64,000 nucleotides of DNA. Origin: Octopus sinensis (Eukaryota). Location of the stretch: NCBI RefSeq assembly GCF_006345805.1, contig NC_043003.1:56792001-56856000 (forward strand), given 5' to 3'. The position numbers were made by a program, and so were the translations under genes. Each line of letters begins with the position of its first letter. The stretch's first letter is position 1. Below the pieces are notes generated by a model. It searched no databases and was not told the origin of the DNA. It saw nothing but the letters and a program-made list of their open reading frames with translations. Positions 40,124-52,862 of the stretch are shown one piece after another.

Positions 40124-42470
40124 AAGGACAACTACTTAATAAGGAAAACTTAACAAGAAATTGTCAGGTAGATAGCGTAAAAACCTCATAAGAGAAAAAA
40201 TTTCGAAAATAATTATTTCTTATTGAACATATTAATTTATATATATAGAGGGCATAATTATACATACATGCCAGGAGGCATTATATATACCTGCCAAACG
40301 CTAAGAGGGACAATCAGTCATTCTACCAAAATATTACTAATCCACCGAATGCAATTTTTCAAAGACATTTAAAAATATATAGGCCTGTATCACAGTGATT
40401 TCATACTTACGTAATCATCAGCAGGCCTGAATGTATTATAAATAAACAACGACCCTGCCTCGCTTAAGCCGAACAGCTAACTGATCAACATCAACGAAGC
40501 ACATGGGTGAGTTTATATATTACATCCGGGTGAATGGCAAACTTTTACAAAATTGCATTCGGGAGAGGAAAAGTTTTTTCGGAATAAAAATTTTGCAATT
40601 AAGGACACTACTTAATAAGGAAAACTTAACAAGAAATTGTCAGGTAGATAGCGTAAAAACCTCATAAGAGAAAAAATTTCGAAAATAATTATTTCTTATT
40701 GAACATATTAATTTATATATAGAGGGCATAATTATACATACATGCCAGGAGGCATATATATACCTGCCAAACGCTAAGAGGGACAATCAGTCATTTCTAC
40801 CAAAAATATTACTAATCCCACCGAATGCAATTTTTCAAAGTAAGACTTTTAAAAATATATAGGCCTGTATCACAGTGATTTCATACTTACGTAATCATCA
40901 GCAGGCTGAATTTATATAAATAAACAACGACCCTGCCTCGCTTAAGCCGAACAGCTAACTGATCAACATCAACGAAGCACATGGGTGAGTTAATATATTA
41001 CATCCGGGTGAATGGCAAACTTTTACAAAATTGCATTTCGGGAGAGGAGAAGTTTTTTCGGAATAAAAATTTTGCAATTAAGGACAACTACTTATAAGGA
41101 AAACTTAACAAGAAATTGTCAGGTAGATAGCGTAAAAACCTCATAAGAGAAAAAATTTCGAAAATAATTATTTCTTATTGAACATATTAATTTATATATA
41201 GAGGGCATAATTATACATACATGCCAGGAGGCATTATATATACCTGCCAAAACCTAAGAGGACAATCAGTCATTTCTTTCTACCAAAAATATTACTAATC
41301 CCACCGAATGCAATTTTTCAAAGTAAGACATTTAAAAATATATAGGCCTGTATCACAGTGATTTCATACTTACGTAATCATCAGGCAGCCTGAATGTATT
41401 ATAAATAAACAACGACCCTGCCTCGCTTAAGCCGAACAGCTAACTGATCAACATCAACGAAGCACATGGGTGAGTTTATATATATTACATCCGGGTGAAT
41501 GCAAACTTTTACAAAATTGCATTTCGGGAGAGGAAAAGTTTTTTCGGAATAAAAATTTTGCAATTAAGGACAACTACTTAATAAGGAAAACTTAACAAGA
41601 AATTGTCAGGTAGATAGCGTAAAAACCTCATAAGAGAAAAAATTTCGAAAATAATTATCTTATTGAACATATTAATTTATATAGAGGGCATAATTATACA
41701 TACATGCCAGGAGGCATTATATATACCTTCCAAACGCTAAGAGGGACAATCAGTCATTTCTACCAAAAATATTACTAATCCCACCGAATGCAATTTTTCA
41801 AAGTAAGACATTTAAAAATATATAGGCCTGTATCACAGTGATTTCATACTTACGTAATCATCAGCAGGCCTGAATGTATTATAAATAAACAACGACCCTG
41901 CCTCGCTAAGCCGAACAGCTAACTGATCAACATCAACGAAGCACATGGGTGAGTTTATATATATTACATCCGGGTGAATGGCAAACTTTTACAAAATTGC
42001 ATTTCGGGAGAGGAAAAGTTTTTTCGGAATAAAAATTTTGCAATTAAGGACAACTACTAATAAGGAAAACTTAACAAGAAATTGTCAGGTAGATAGCGTA
42101 AAAACCTCATAAGAGAAAAAATTTCGAAAATAATTATTTCTTATTGAACATATAAATTTATATATAGAGGGAATAATTATACATACATGCCAGGAGGCAT
42201 TATATATACCTGCCAAACGCTAAGAGGGACAATCAGTCATTTCTACCACCAAAATATTACTAATCCACCGAATGCAATTTTTCAAAGTAAGACATTTAAA
42301 AATATATAGCCTGTATCACAGTGATTTCATACTTACGTAATCATCAGCAGGCCTGAATGTATTATAAATAAACAACGACCCTGCCTCGCTTAAGCCGAAC
42401 AGCTAACTGATCAACATCAACGAAGCACATGGGTGAGTTTATATATATACATCCGGTGAATGGCAAACTT
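40114..42470 (-). repeat. Left arm of the ~480-bp HHR tandem array (about 5 units)
   Basis: Reverse-complement HHRs start at 40381, 40861, 41344, 41824 and 42308; units are near-identical apart from small indels. Confidence 0.95.
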
Positions 42471-43732
42471 ACCCGGATGTAATATATATAAACTCGCCCA
42501 TGTGCTTCGTTGATGTTGATCAGTTAGCTGTTCGGCTTAAGCGAGGCAGGGTCGTTGTTTATTTATAATACATTCAGGCCTGCTGATGATTACGTAAGTA
42601 TGAAATCACTGTGATACAGGCCTATATATTTTTAAATGTCTTACTTGAAAAATTGCATTCGGTGGGATTAGTAATATTTTTGGTAGAAATGACTGATTGT
42701 CCCTCTTAGCGTTTGGCAGGTATATATAATGCCTCCTGGCATGTATGTATAATTATGCCCTCTATATATAATTAATATGTTCAATAAGAAATAATTATTT
42801 TCGAAATTTTTTCTCTTATGAGGTTTTTACGCTATCTACCTGACAATTTCTTGTTAAGTTTTCCTTATTAAGTAGTTGTCCTTAATTGCAAAATTTTTAT
42901 TCCGAAAAAACTTTTCCTCTCCCGAAATGCAATTTTGTAATAGTTTGCCATTCACCCGGATGTAATATATATAAACTCACCCATTTGCTTCGTTGATGTT
43001 GATCAGTTAGCTGTTCGGCTTAAGCGAGGCAGGGTCGTTGTTTATTTATAATACATTCAGGCCTGCTGATGATTACGTAAGTATGAAATCACTGTGATAC
43101 AGGCCTATATATTTTTAAATGTCTTACTTTGAAAAATTGCATTCGGTAGGATTAGTAATATTTTTGGTAGAAATGACTGATTGTCCCTCTTAGCGTTTGG
43201 CAGGTATATATAATGCCTCCTGGCATGTATGTATAATTATGCCCTCTATATATAATTAATATGTTCAATAAGAAATAATTATTTTCGAAATTTTTTCTCT
43301 TATGAGGTTTTTACGCTATCTACCTGACAATTTCTTGTTAAGTTTTCCTTATTAAGTAGTTGTCCTTAATTGCAAAATTTTTATTCCGAAAAAACTTTTC
43401 CTCTCCCGAAATGCAATTTTGTAAAAGTTTGCCATTCACCCGGATGTAATATATATAAACTCACCCATGTGCTTCGTTGATGTTGATCAGTTAGCTGTTC
43501 GGCTTAAGCGAGGCAGGGTCGTTGTTTATTTATAATACATTCAGGCTGCTGATGATTACGTAAGTATGAAATCACTGTGATACAGCCTATATTTTTAAAT
43601 GTCTTACTTTGAAAAATTGCATTCGGTGGGATTAGTAATATTTTTGGTAGAAATGACTGATTGTCCCTCTTAGCGTTTGGCAGGTATATATAATGCCTCC
43701 TGGCATGTATGTATAATTATGCCCTCTATATA
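42471..43732 (+). repeat. Right (inverted) arm of the HHR tandem array (about 2.6 units)
   Basis: HHRs at 42576-42623, 43059-43106 and 43543-43588. Confidence 0.95.
42576..42623 (+). ncRNA. Type I hammerhead ribozyme (representative array copy)
   Basis: AGGCCUG-CUGAUGA-U-UAC(GUAA)GUA-U-GAAA-UCAC-U-GUGA-UA-CAGGCCU; 7-bp stem I, intact CUGAUGA/GAAA core, AUA triplet, predicted cut 42616|42617. Confidence 0.85.
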
Positions 43733-44088
43733 AATATATATATATATATATATATACATACAACGGACTTGTAAGCAATTTCAGACTACTACATTTACTC
43801 GCAACGCATTGGTTGATCCTGGACTATACTAGAAATCACTTGCTCAAATTTCGTGCATTTAGACTTTAGACACCAACATCATGGGGCTGGAAAGCGTGCT
43901 CCCTAACTATGCAGCCTTACCTGCTAACGTTCATAACCCACGCCAGCAATGAATGGACTAACCAATAACCAAGAGCAATTTGCTTTGACCATCATAACTA
44001 TTTTGTCTGATATCGTTTGGAGGATTGTATTATTCTGAATAGCTTTCTTTTTCTGTTTTTATATTTTATTCGTTAGTACTATTACATT

Positions 44089-44473
44089 GTGGAAGCACTC
44101 CGTCGGTTACGACGACGAGGGTTCCGGTTGATCCGATTCAACGGAACAGCCTGCTCGTGAAATTAACGTGTAAGTGGCTGAGCACTCCACAGACACGTGT
44201 ACCCTTAACGTAGTTCTTGGGGATATTCAGCGTGACACAGAGAGTGACAAGGCCGGCCCTTTGAAATACAGGTACAACAGAAACAGGAAGTAAGAGTGAG
44301 AGAAAGTTGTGGTGAAAGAGTACAGCAGGGATCACCACCATCCCCTGCCGGAGCATCGTGGAGCTTTAGGTGTTTTCGCTCAATAAACACTCACAACGCC
44401 CGGTATTGGAATCGAAACCGCGATCCTATGACCGCAAGTCCGCTGCCCTAACCACTGGGCAATTGCGCCTCCA
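44089..44473 (-). mobile_element. tRNA-derived SINE, family B, full length
   Basis: Reverse-complement head with CAGTGGTTAGGG and GGTTTCGATTCC boxes; TSD CTATTACATT. Confidence 0.9.
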
Positions 44474-45733
44474 CTATTACATTACATAACCACTAACTAA
44501 CCATTCATAGTTTATGAATGTAAGGCATTTTTACTCATATCTGCAAATAATTGTTAAAAATAAAACAAAGGAAAACATTTATATCTCCAACTACAAAATT
44601 TGTATAAAATATCAAACTCGTTCTATAATATTTGAAAGCAGCAGAATTTTAATTCAGCGAAAATGTCATTGCATCTGTGATAAATGATTCGATAAATGAT
44701 TTTAATATGCATACATGGTAATTTGTTTGAGCTGTTTTCTAAATGCTAATTATCTTCTTAAATTTTGAGAGTTTTTCTCGTTGAATGTGTATCGGATTAT
44801 TTTGAAAGCAACCTCGAAATGACAAAATAATGTGTCTATGTTTTTTTTTTCGTGTTTATTTTTCTAAAACGCCAGATTATTTATTCACTTGTGAGCAAAA
44901 CGAATTTTTGAAAGGAGTAGTATTGCTGGCATGTTATATCGTCTGCTTAATATTAGCTGTACGTATTTTAGGTACGATATATGCATTGTTAGGGAAGTTT
45001 AGCTAAATATGTATTTAGAAGATAAATAAATGAAGTAAACGATCGATTATATAAACCGGATTTTCGTTAAATCTCATGTCTTTACTTTCTGTTTGCCTTT
45101 CACCAATCATTTAATCTATAAGCATTTCTGCCATATTTAAATATAGAGACAAATAGGATTATATAATATTACCAACATTTTATTGTAAAGTTACGGGAGG
45201 TGACTTGTTTGATTAGTCTAACAATACATACACACATGCGAGTGTAATAACACGCTTGAATAATTGTAAAAACTTTGGACAAGATGATGAGCAGACAAGA
45301 TTTTGCCGTGCAATAACTTGAAGTGCTGAATGGACGGGCCGGTTAAATTTCCTATGATCTTGTTTGGTCCACATCTTCAAGCAGAGAATAGGTGGAAAAA
45401 AGTAACTAGGAGGGTGACTAAGCTCACAAAGAAACGAGCCAAAAGAAGGATAACTGTAAAGAGATTAGAGGTAGCGAACGCTACGTCGCTACTGTCATGT
45501 ATTAGTTCCTGATCATGGTACGCTGACCTAGTACATGTCATATGACAGGACTGGACCATCTGCTCTTCCGGCTTCTGAATGAGGGATGCGTAGCAGCACT
45601 GCTCAAGCGATTTATTTCCTGTCAACACGAGCTAAGTGAAAAATTGGGCATACCGTGTCTATTCACGCGCAAACATGCATGGAGGTTGCAACATCTCCAT
45701 CTTTTCCTAACTTGTCTTTTTTACCATTTTCAG

Positions 45734-45823
45734 AAACTAATCGTCTCGGAGGCTGGGCATTGCCAGTTAGAGAAAAATTAACAGATATGGAAGTGTCGTT
45801 AGCCGGACCTAATCGAGCTGCAG
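45734..45823 (+). CDS. Candidate isolated 90-nt coding exon of an unidentified gene
   Basis: CCTAAC branch-like site, polypyrimidine tract and CAG acceptor, CAG|GTAAAA donor, open phase 1-1 frame (E)TNRLGGWALPVREKLTDMEVSLAGPNRAA; no homology recognised. Confidence 0.3.
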
Positions 45824-46967
45824 GTAAAACGACGAAACTGTTGAGCATTCGTCTATTGTCTAAGCGTTGCTGACTTTTGGCCGAATACCTCCCGTCATGT
45901 GTATAACTGATCAAGCTATCAGCTAAACACCCTGTGAAGCCCAGTCTTTGGCTTTTAATTTGATCAGGAAGAACAAGTAGAGTTTATCTGTCAGGGAATT
46001 TTAGCGAAACAGTTTGTGTCGGGGCTGATTGTAATGCAGAAACACACAACCTGGAATTAAAATCTGTCAGATAATAACGTGGGGGCGGATATACCTGACA
46101 CAGCACTGTCAAATGCAAACAATAAGATATAACAAATATCTTATTTGATTTCGTGTGTGTGTGTGTCTTTGTACATATATATGTATGTGTACATTATACG
46201 CACATTCGCAAGCAAGCGCACGCACGCACACACACACACACACACATACACATACACACACACCACACACACACACACACGCACACATAAATATCTTATT
46301 TGATACAGTTATGAAAACTCACATACAAGACTACAAGTTCCTGCGTCAAAGAAACGCCGGCGGAAGAAGTGCGGCGATCATCGTATCATCGACACAAAAA
46401 CTTGTATGTTAGCCTCCATAGCTGTATCACTGAATGAATATAGTCTTCTAGTTGGGACCCTATTGAGGTCTAGCATTGTTGTCACACGTCTTTTGCCAGT
46501 GTATACATGTACTTGTTTTGTTTGTATGTGTGTATTATACGTTTATACCAGCGTGTTCTTATCCAATGGTTATGTGTAAGTTCGTTTGTGAGTACAAGGC
46601 TAATCATTTTTGCCAATTATTCCGAAGTAATTAAGTGATCTTCATCCAGTATTTAAGCGCAGATGGGTCTAAAATATATCTTGCAATAGAGCAGGAGAGA
46701 CATGATCAGCGAAAAATATCTTGACTTTGTTAACAATCGCTGTGTATTATACAATAAAGTTGTCCTTTAATCCCTTCTTTGCATTTGTTAACAACATGTG
46801 ACCTGTTTCAGAGCCTCGTGTGAAACCTGGTGTACGGAACCTAAAGGTAGTCTTGTAACACTCTCTTTTTGTTTTTCATAGTTCAGGTTTCGGCTGTATT
46901 GAAGTGTAGCAAAGATATATTGACTTACTCGGCATGATAATATTCTTATCATATTACACATTTATCT

Positions 46968-47354
46968 ATGGAAGCACTCCGTCGGTTACGACGACGAGGG
47001 TTCCGGTTGATCCGATTCAACCGAACAGCCTGCTCGTGAAATTAACGTGTAAGTGGCTGAGCACTCCACAGACACGTGAACCCTTAACGTAGTTCTCGGG
47101 GATATTCAGCGTGACACAAGAGAGTGACAAGGCCGGCCATTTGAAATACAGGTACAACAGAAACAGGAAGAAAGAGAGAGAGAGAAAGTTGTGGTGAAAG
47201 AGTACAGCAGGGATCATCACCATCCCTGCCGGAGCCTCGTGGAGCTTTAGGTGTTTTCGCTCAATAAACACTCACAACGCCCGGTCTGGGAATCGAAACC
47301 GCGATCCTACGACCGCGAGTCCGCTGCCCTAACCACTGGGCCATTGCGCCTCCA
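46968..47354 (-). mobile_element. SINE family B, full length
   Basis: Nearly identical to 44089-44473; TSD TACACATTTATC. Confidence 0.9.
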
Positions 47355-48269
47355 CTACACATTTATCATCAGATATATAAAATTGCTGTAGTAGAAATAT
47401 TGCCACAAGCAGTTCATTAATAATTACTTACAGAAAAGAGAAGGAAATAGATTAAGACTTTCGCAGGTTAGACTTAAAATTTCATCGTCACCTTGTGTCG
47501 TTTCCAGTTTCACTCTATGTCTATATGCTTAATAATGCACTAACTCAACAATTTTCTAAAAATATTTAATCACATTTAAACCAAATACTAGATATTTTAT
47601 AGATGCTGTACCCACATGACATCTCGTAAAAGTCAGATTCACGTATTTATTCGACAATTATCGAAGTCATTGTAACAACTAGCAGCTTTCAAAACGATCG
47701 ATGACCGAGATGAGAGTTAGAATATCAGGTGAAAATGAACTTGAAGTGAATGAAGGCATCGTTTATGCTAAATTTTATGTTAACAGACACGATTATTTGA
47801 AGCATTTGTTGTATATTGCTAGACGCGAGACACATTATTGCATGTGATTGGAAATATATGTGACTGCAATACATAGAGTTATTTCCCAGTGAAAGATCTC
47901 AATCTCACAGGTGTTACTAACAGAAAAGATAACAATGCTCTGGTTAACAATGCTGTTATAGTTGATCTCGTTTCACGTTTCCTATGAAATTCTATCTCGG
48001 TCTACTTAAAATACAATCCTTGTACTGTTGTGTATATAAGTACACTTAAAATTCAATACCAGTAAATTCCCGTTCTGATGTCAATGTTGCGTTGGAACTA
48101 AATAGAATTTTGAAATTACATTTTAAGAATAGCTTACCCGTCATTAATTGCTTTATCCCTATGAATCTTTTTAAACAGTCTCATATATATTCAAAAGTTC
48201 GAAGCTAAAAAAGAATTAAAATCTATAAATATATTAGGTAAAATTAATATATTCCTTTTCATTTTCATT

Positions 48270-48898
48270 TTTCATTTTACCTAGTTTCAGCTCACGAGCG
48301 GTGGCCATGATGGGGCAACACCATTCGGTGTTACTACATGATTTTACTTCACGAATGCTTTTTAGCAAATGACATTTGGTGCATGAGAGAGTTTGATGCA
48401 GCTGCCCTCGTCTGCACCTCATACCGTGAAGTTGGTTCATCTAGGATACCTGACAGGAAGAGGTCCAGCTTTATTTTAAAGACATCTGCATCCACCCCAT
48501 GCAGGTCTCTCAGGTCCTCCGGGAGGATATTGAAGAGCTGTGGACCTCTGAAGCCCAGGCTATCACAGTATCTTGTCCTGCATCTTGATGGCAACTTTGG
48601 AGTCCTTGGCACTATGCAGTGGCGCCCAGTTCTAGTATTTGTGTAAATCCCGATGCCAAAGTTTGGGACAAATCCTTCCAGGATCTTCCAGATGTATATT
48701 ATGGCATATCTTTCTCGCCTACGCTCTAAGGAATAGGGTCTTAATCTCTTGAGTCTTTCCCAATAGTTTATATGCTGCACAGAGGCTATCTTCTTCATGT
48801 AACATCGTTGCATCGCCTCAAGTTCTGTGATTAATTTGACACTGGTTGGTGACCATAGCTGAGAGCAATAGTCAAAGTGGCTTAGGACAAGTGTCCTA
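48270..48898 (-). mobile_element. 3' end of a CR1-group LINE
   Basis: INYWERLKRLRPYSLERRRERYAIIYIWKILEG...RGPQLFNILP...FKIKLDLFL; upstream LSHFDYCSQLWSP. Confidence 0.88.
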
Positions 48899-49439
48899 AT
48901 ATATATCTATATTATCTATATTAAATTTATTTGTCGAAAACTTGTTTCTTATGATTCACTACGAATGTCTGTTAATAAAATTAGTATATTTGAGAGGTTG
49001 TCGTCCTTTTATTTGTACCCGAAATTTTCTGAATTATACCATCCGTCAGGTTTTTAGCGTGATGGACGTGACCAGGAAACAGTACCTGCTCTGATTAACA
49101 AACTTACACTGATGAGTGAAATACAAAATATTCTTTCAAACAGAGTTATTTGCAAAAGCTATAACATGAAGTTAGATACTAGATAGTTGTAACTGCCATA
49201 GAAAACGTTTGCTATTAAACGTATATGCATTAACTGACAGTCATGTAAAATATGCATACTATATTGTTGTCTGTAGACATAAAAATTATTAGTGACATCC
49301 TTCGCGCAATACAGATTTTCATGAACCTAACACTTGTGCATCGATTGGGCCCCTGTATAGAAAGACTACGTTACATTTACGATATAGTGCCTTGCAGTCA
49401 GCACTACACTGTTGGTGGGTGAAGCTATATATATATATA

Positions 49440-49765
49440 TATGCAATAGAAGTTGAAAATGCACTGAGAATAGTTAAAAATAGTTTTTATTAAAATATTT
49501 AAAGCTTTAACCGGATTCACAGTTTACACAGATTTTCAAAAACTTCAAATAGCAAGACGTGGCTAATGTCGCAGCTGTCTTCCTTCTGACTAGTGTTTGA
49601 AGCTTGCCCTATTTTTATGGTTAGTTCGTGTATATGTTTTGAATAGGATTTATTTGGTAGCGGATAGTCACATCGCCACATTAGCCCCTATACACACTGA
49701 AGTTTGAAAATTTTGAGCACTACTAAGTGTATTCTCTGCGGTGAAAATCTGGATCTCATTTATGA
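49440..49765 (-). mobile_element. Penelope pLTR remnant with decayed HHR (~49503-49546)
   Basis: Reverse complement AAGUUU-UUGAAAA...GAAUC-CG-GUU-AAAGCUU between TA tracts. Confidence 0.45.
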
Positions 49766-49775
49766 CTTATATATG

Positions 49776-49827
<52 letters not shown>

Positions 49828-49841
49828 TGTATGTATGTATG

Positions 49842-49913
<72 letters not shown>

Positions 49914-49917
<4 letters not shown>

Positions 49918-50590
49918 GAGGAGGTGCCCAGAATTAACAGGAAAAGTTATCTGTGGGCCAAGCCCGTTGCAGTTCAGGCTGTCGCCGCTAGAAGCCATTT
50001 TACGCGGCCCTCAAGCATCACCCTGTCGACCAGCTGCGTCCGGTGTAGTTGTACTGTCACGTGGTGTATTTTGTCTTGCAGTGTTTCTCCCCGAATCGTC
50101 GACTTCTGCGGTGCCTGAAACAGACGAACAGCGTGCTTCCGTGAAATTCTGCTTTCTGTTCGTGAAAACGGCCACCGAAACAGTTGTTTTGCTTCAAACA
50201 GCTTACAAGGACGCTTGTATGACCAAAACTAAAACACGAGTTTACGAGTGACTTTCACGCTTTAGTAATGGTCACTTGTCACTTGAAGCCCAACATTGCC
50301 CAGGATGACCGTCAACCATCTGAACGAATGAAAACATCATAAAAATTCATGAACAGATCTTAGAGGACTTTCACCGAACAGTTGACAGACTGGCAGATAT
50401 GACTGGTGTGTCTTGGATCTCCTCCCAACGAACTGTGAATGAAAAAAGGTAGCAGTAAAATTTGTACCTTGATTGCTCACTGAAGTTCAAAAGCAGTAAC
50501 GACTGAATGCATGTCGTGAACTGACAAACAGTTGGAAGTTGATCTGCACCACTTTTCGAAGTTCGACACTGGTGATGAAAGCTGGTACTG
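49914..50590 (+). mobile_element. 5' half of a degenerate mariner
   Basis: [29 protein letters not shown]...VYE*, VKFVP*LLT, TGDESWY. Confidence 0.85.
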
Positions 50591-50833
50591 CAGAATTTGC
50601 AGATGTGGAGAAGAGTACAAGATGTGTATAAGTGAAAACTGTGGCTTTGAGCCGTTTCGACTGCAATCTTTAGCATGCTGTAGCAACAGTTAGTACACTT
50701 CATAATTAATTGATAATTTTGCCTTGATAGTTCTTTTACGCATTCTAACAACTGTTATTATATGAGTTTCTACGTGTTTGTATGCATCATCGTTTTCAGA
50801 CCAAACCTGGCAATTTATATTCTTCCTCTGGAA

Positions 50834-51047
50834 CGCGGTGAGCTAGCAGAAACGTTAGCACGCCGTTCGAACTGCTTAGGGTATTTCGTCTGTTGTTTGT
50901 CTACGTTCTGAATCCAAATTCCGCTGAGAAATTGGCATTTCATCCTTTCGGGGGGGATCCATAAATTAAATACCAGTTGCGTACTAGGGTCGATCTAATC
51001 GACTAGCCCCATCACCCAAAATTTCTGGCCTTGTGACTCGAGTAGAA
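50834..51047 (+). mobile_element. SINE family A with TSD
   Basis: Head and core present; ATATTCTTCC(T/C)CTGGAA on both sides. Confidence 0.85.
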
Positions 51048-51598
51048 TATAATATTCTTCCCCTGGAAGATATAACTATACGCCCGATCAAATTTTCAAT
51101 ATTATTTAAGAAAAACAAAGTTATGAAAAGTGTTCAATTTTTCTCATATTCATTCCTATGAATATCCTAAAGAATTTCATAGATATTTCGCATATGCAGT
51201 CTTCTTCAGGACATATATCTAAGGAGTCTCAGAGCTAGTAAACACCAGCAAAATTTAAATTTTGACAATTTAACCCAAAAAGTGATTACCATATTGCTTT
51301 GAAAAATATCTAAATTAATTCAAATGTTCAATGCTATCAATAATCTAATTGATATTTAAAACATTTAGTGAAAATGAATTAAATATGTAAAAAATGTTGA
51401 TAAGGGATTATAATAGAATTTCTATGATAAGCAGAAGACTGCAGTTTTTGGAGATTGATGTGGTCGACTAAAACAGCATTTGTACTCGTGAGGTATTTAT
51501 TTTATCGTCACTGGAATGTTAGAAATTCTTGCAAAATAACACAACTGAAAATGATTCCTATATTGAAGAACATGAACATTAGAAATAATAATAATAAT

Positions 51599-51699
<101 letters not shown>

Positions 51700-51714
51700 T
51701 AGTAAATAAATAAA

Positions 51715-52789
51715 TAAATGCAACACATTTCGGAATTAGAGATATACATACAAGAAACAAGCACAGAAAAATCTAAGCGCATGAAAACCCGTGCTAAAAC
51801 TGCGGCCTTAGATATTCTGAATGATAAATCGCAAGAAAAACCTCTCTATGGCAAATCCCCAAAGAGAACGAATAATGCAGATATTGACAAACCCCTGACC
51901 CATCAATGGCTAATGGCCTCTGGCTTAAAATCTGAAACAGAGGGGTTTATCATAGCAGCTCAAGATCAATGCCTACCAACAAGAAACTACCAGGCCAACA
52001 TATTAAAGAACGGCAGTAGCCCAACATGTCGTGTATGTCAACAACAAAATGGAACCATTGATCATGTTGTCTCGAAGTGCAGTCTTCTAGCCCCTACAGA
52101 GTATCTCAACAGGCATGATAGAGCTGCACAATATATTCACTGGGTAATCTGCAAAAACTTGGATTTGCCCCATGAAAAAAAAATGGTGGGAACACAAACC
52201 ACCTCCAGTGCTTGAAAATGACCACATCTCACTCCTCTGGTACTTCACCATTCAAACGGACAGAAAGATAGATGCAAATAGGCCAGACATCATACTGAAA
52301 GACTTCAGACAAAGAACATGCCTCCTCATTGATATGACTGTCCCAATCGATATAAACGTATCTGTCAAGACCTACCAAAAACCTGAGCAAATATAAAGAT
52401 CTTGAAATAGAAATCAGCAAAATCTGGCACCTGAAGACTAGAACAATACCTGTTGTCATAGGTGCCCTGGGAATGATAGCGAAAGGGGCTGATTGCTACC
52501 TAACTCAGATACCAGGAAACCCCAAAATGGCAGAAATTCAAAAGATAGTGCTCATGGGAACTGCTCATATCCTACGCAAAATACTTTCTATGTTATCTCA
52601 AGGTTTAAAACAGACAATTTTTATTTATTTATTTATTTATTTATTACACATTCACTAGTACAACACCCACCCCAAATATATGGCACACTAGGCATAGCAA
52701 CAACGTGAACTTCCAACCTGTTGTCTCTTGAGGTCTCTGGGTGAGACTTGGAGCCAACTTGTATAAATATAAAGCAAAAGTCAAACAAA

Positions 52790-52791
<2 letters not shown>
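51715..52791 (+). mobile_element. 3' part of an RLE non-LTR retrotransposon (R4/Dong-like) inserted in (TAA)n
   Basis: LKSETEGFIIAAQDQ, CCHC knuckle CRVC...DHVVSKC, RHD motif, ANRPDII...CLLIDMTVPID, IPVVIGALG, ILRKIL; (AAT)n at 51584-51697 and 52791-52868. Confidence 0.92.

Positions 52792-52862
<71 letters not shown>

Noticed and set aside
40128-40172. Second, opposite-strand HHR in the array tail (CUAC-UUAAUAA...GAAAUUGUCA-GGUAG)
   Set aside because: It needs three core substitutions and has no convincing stem II or III.
40114-43732. CRISPR-like array
   Set aside because: Whole ~480-bp units repeat with no unique spacers, there are no cas genes, and the context is eukaryotic.
44390-44473. 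tRNA genes in SINE heads (also 47270-47354, 55085-55160, 60010-60084)
   Set aside because: A/B boxes are present but are fused to SINE bodies, mostly with TSDs; not standalone tRNAs.
49110-49125. CTGATGAGTGAAA
   Set aside because: No stem II and no closing stems; chance match.
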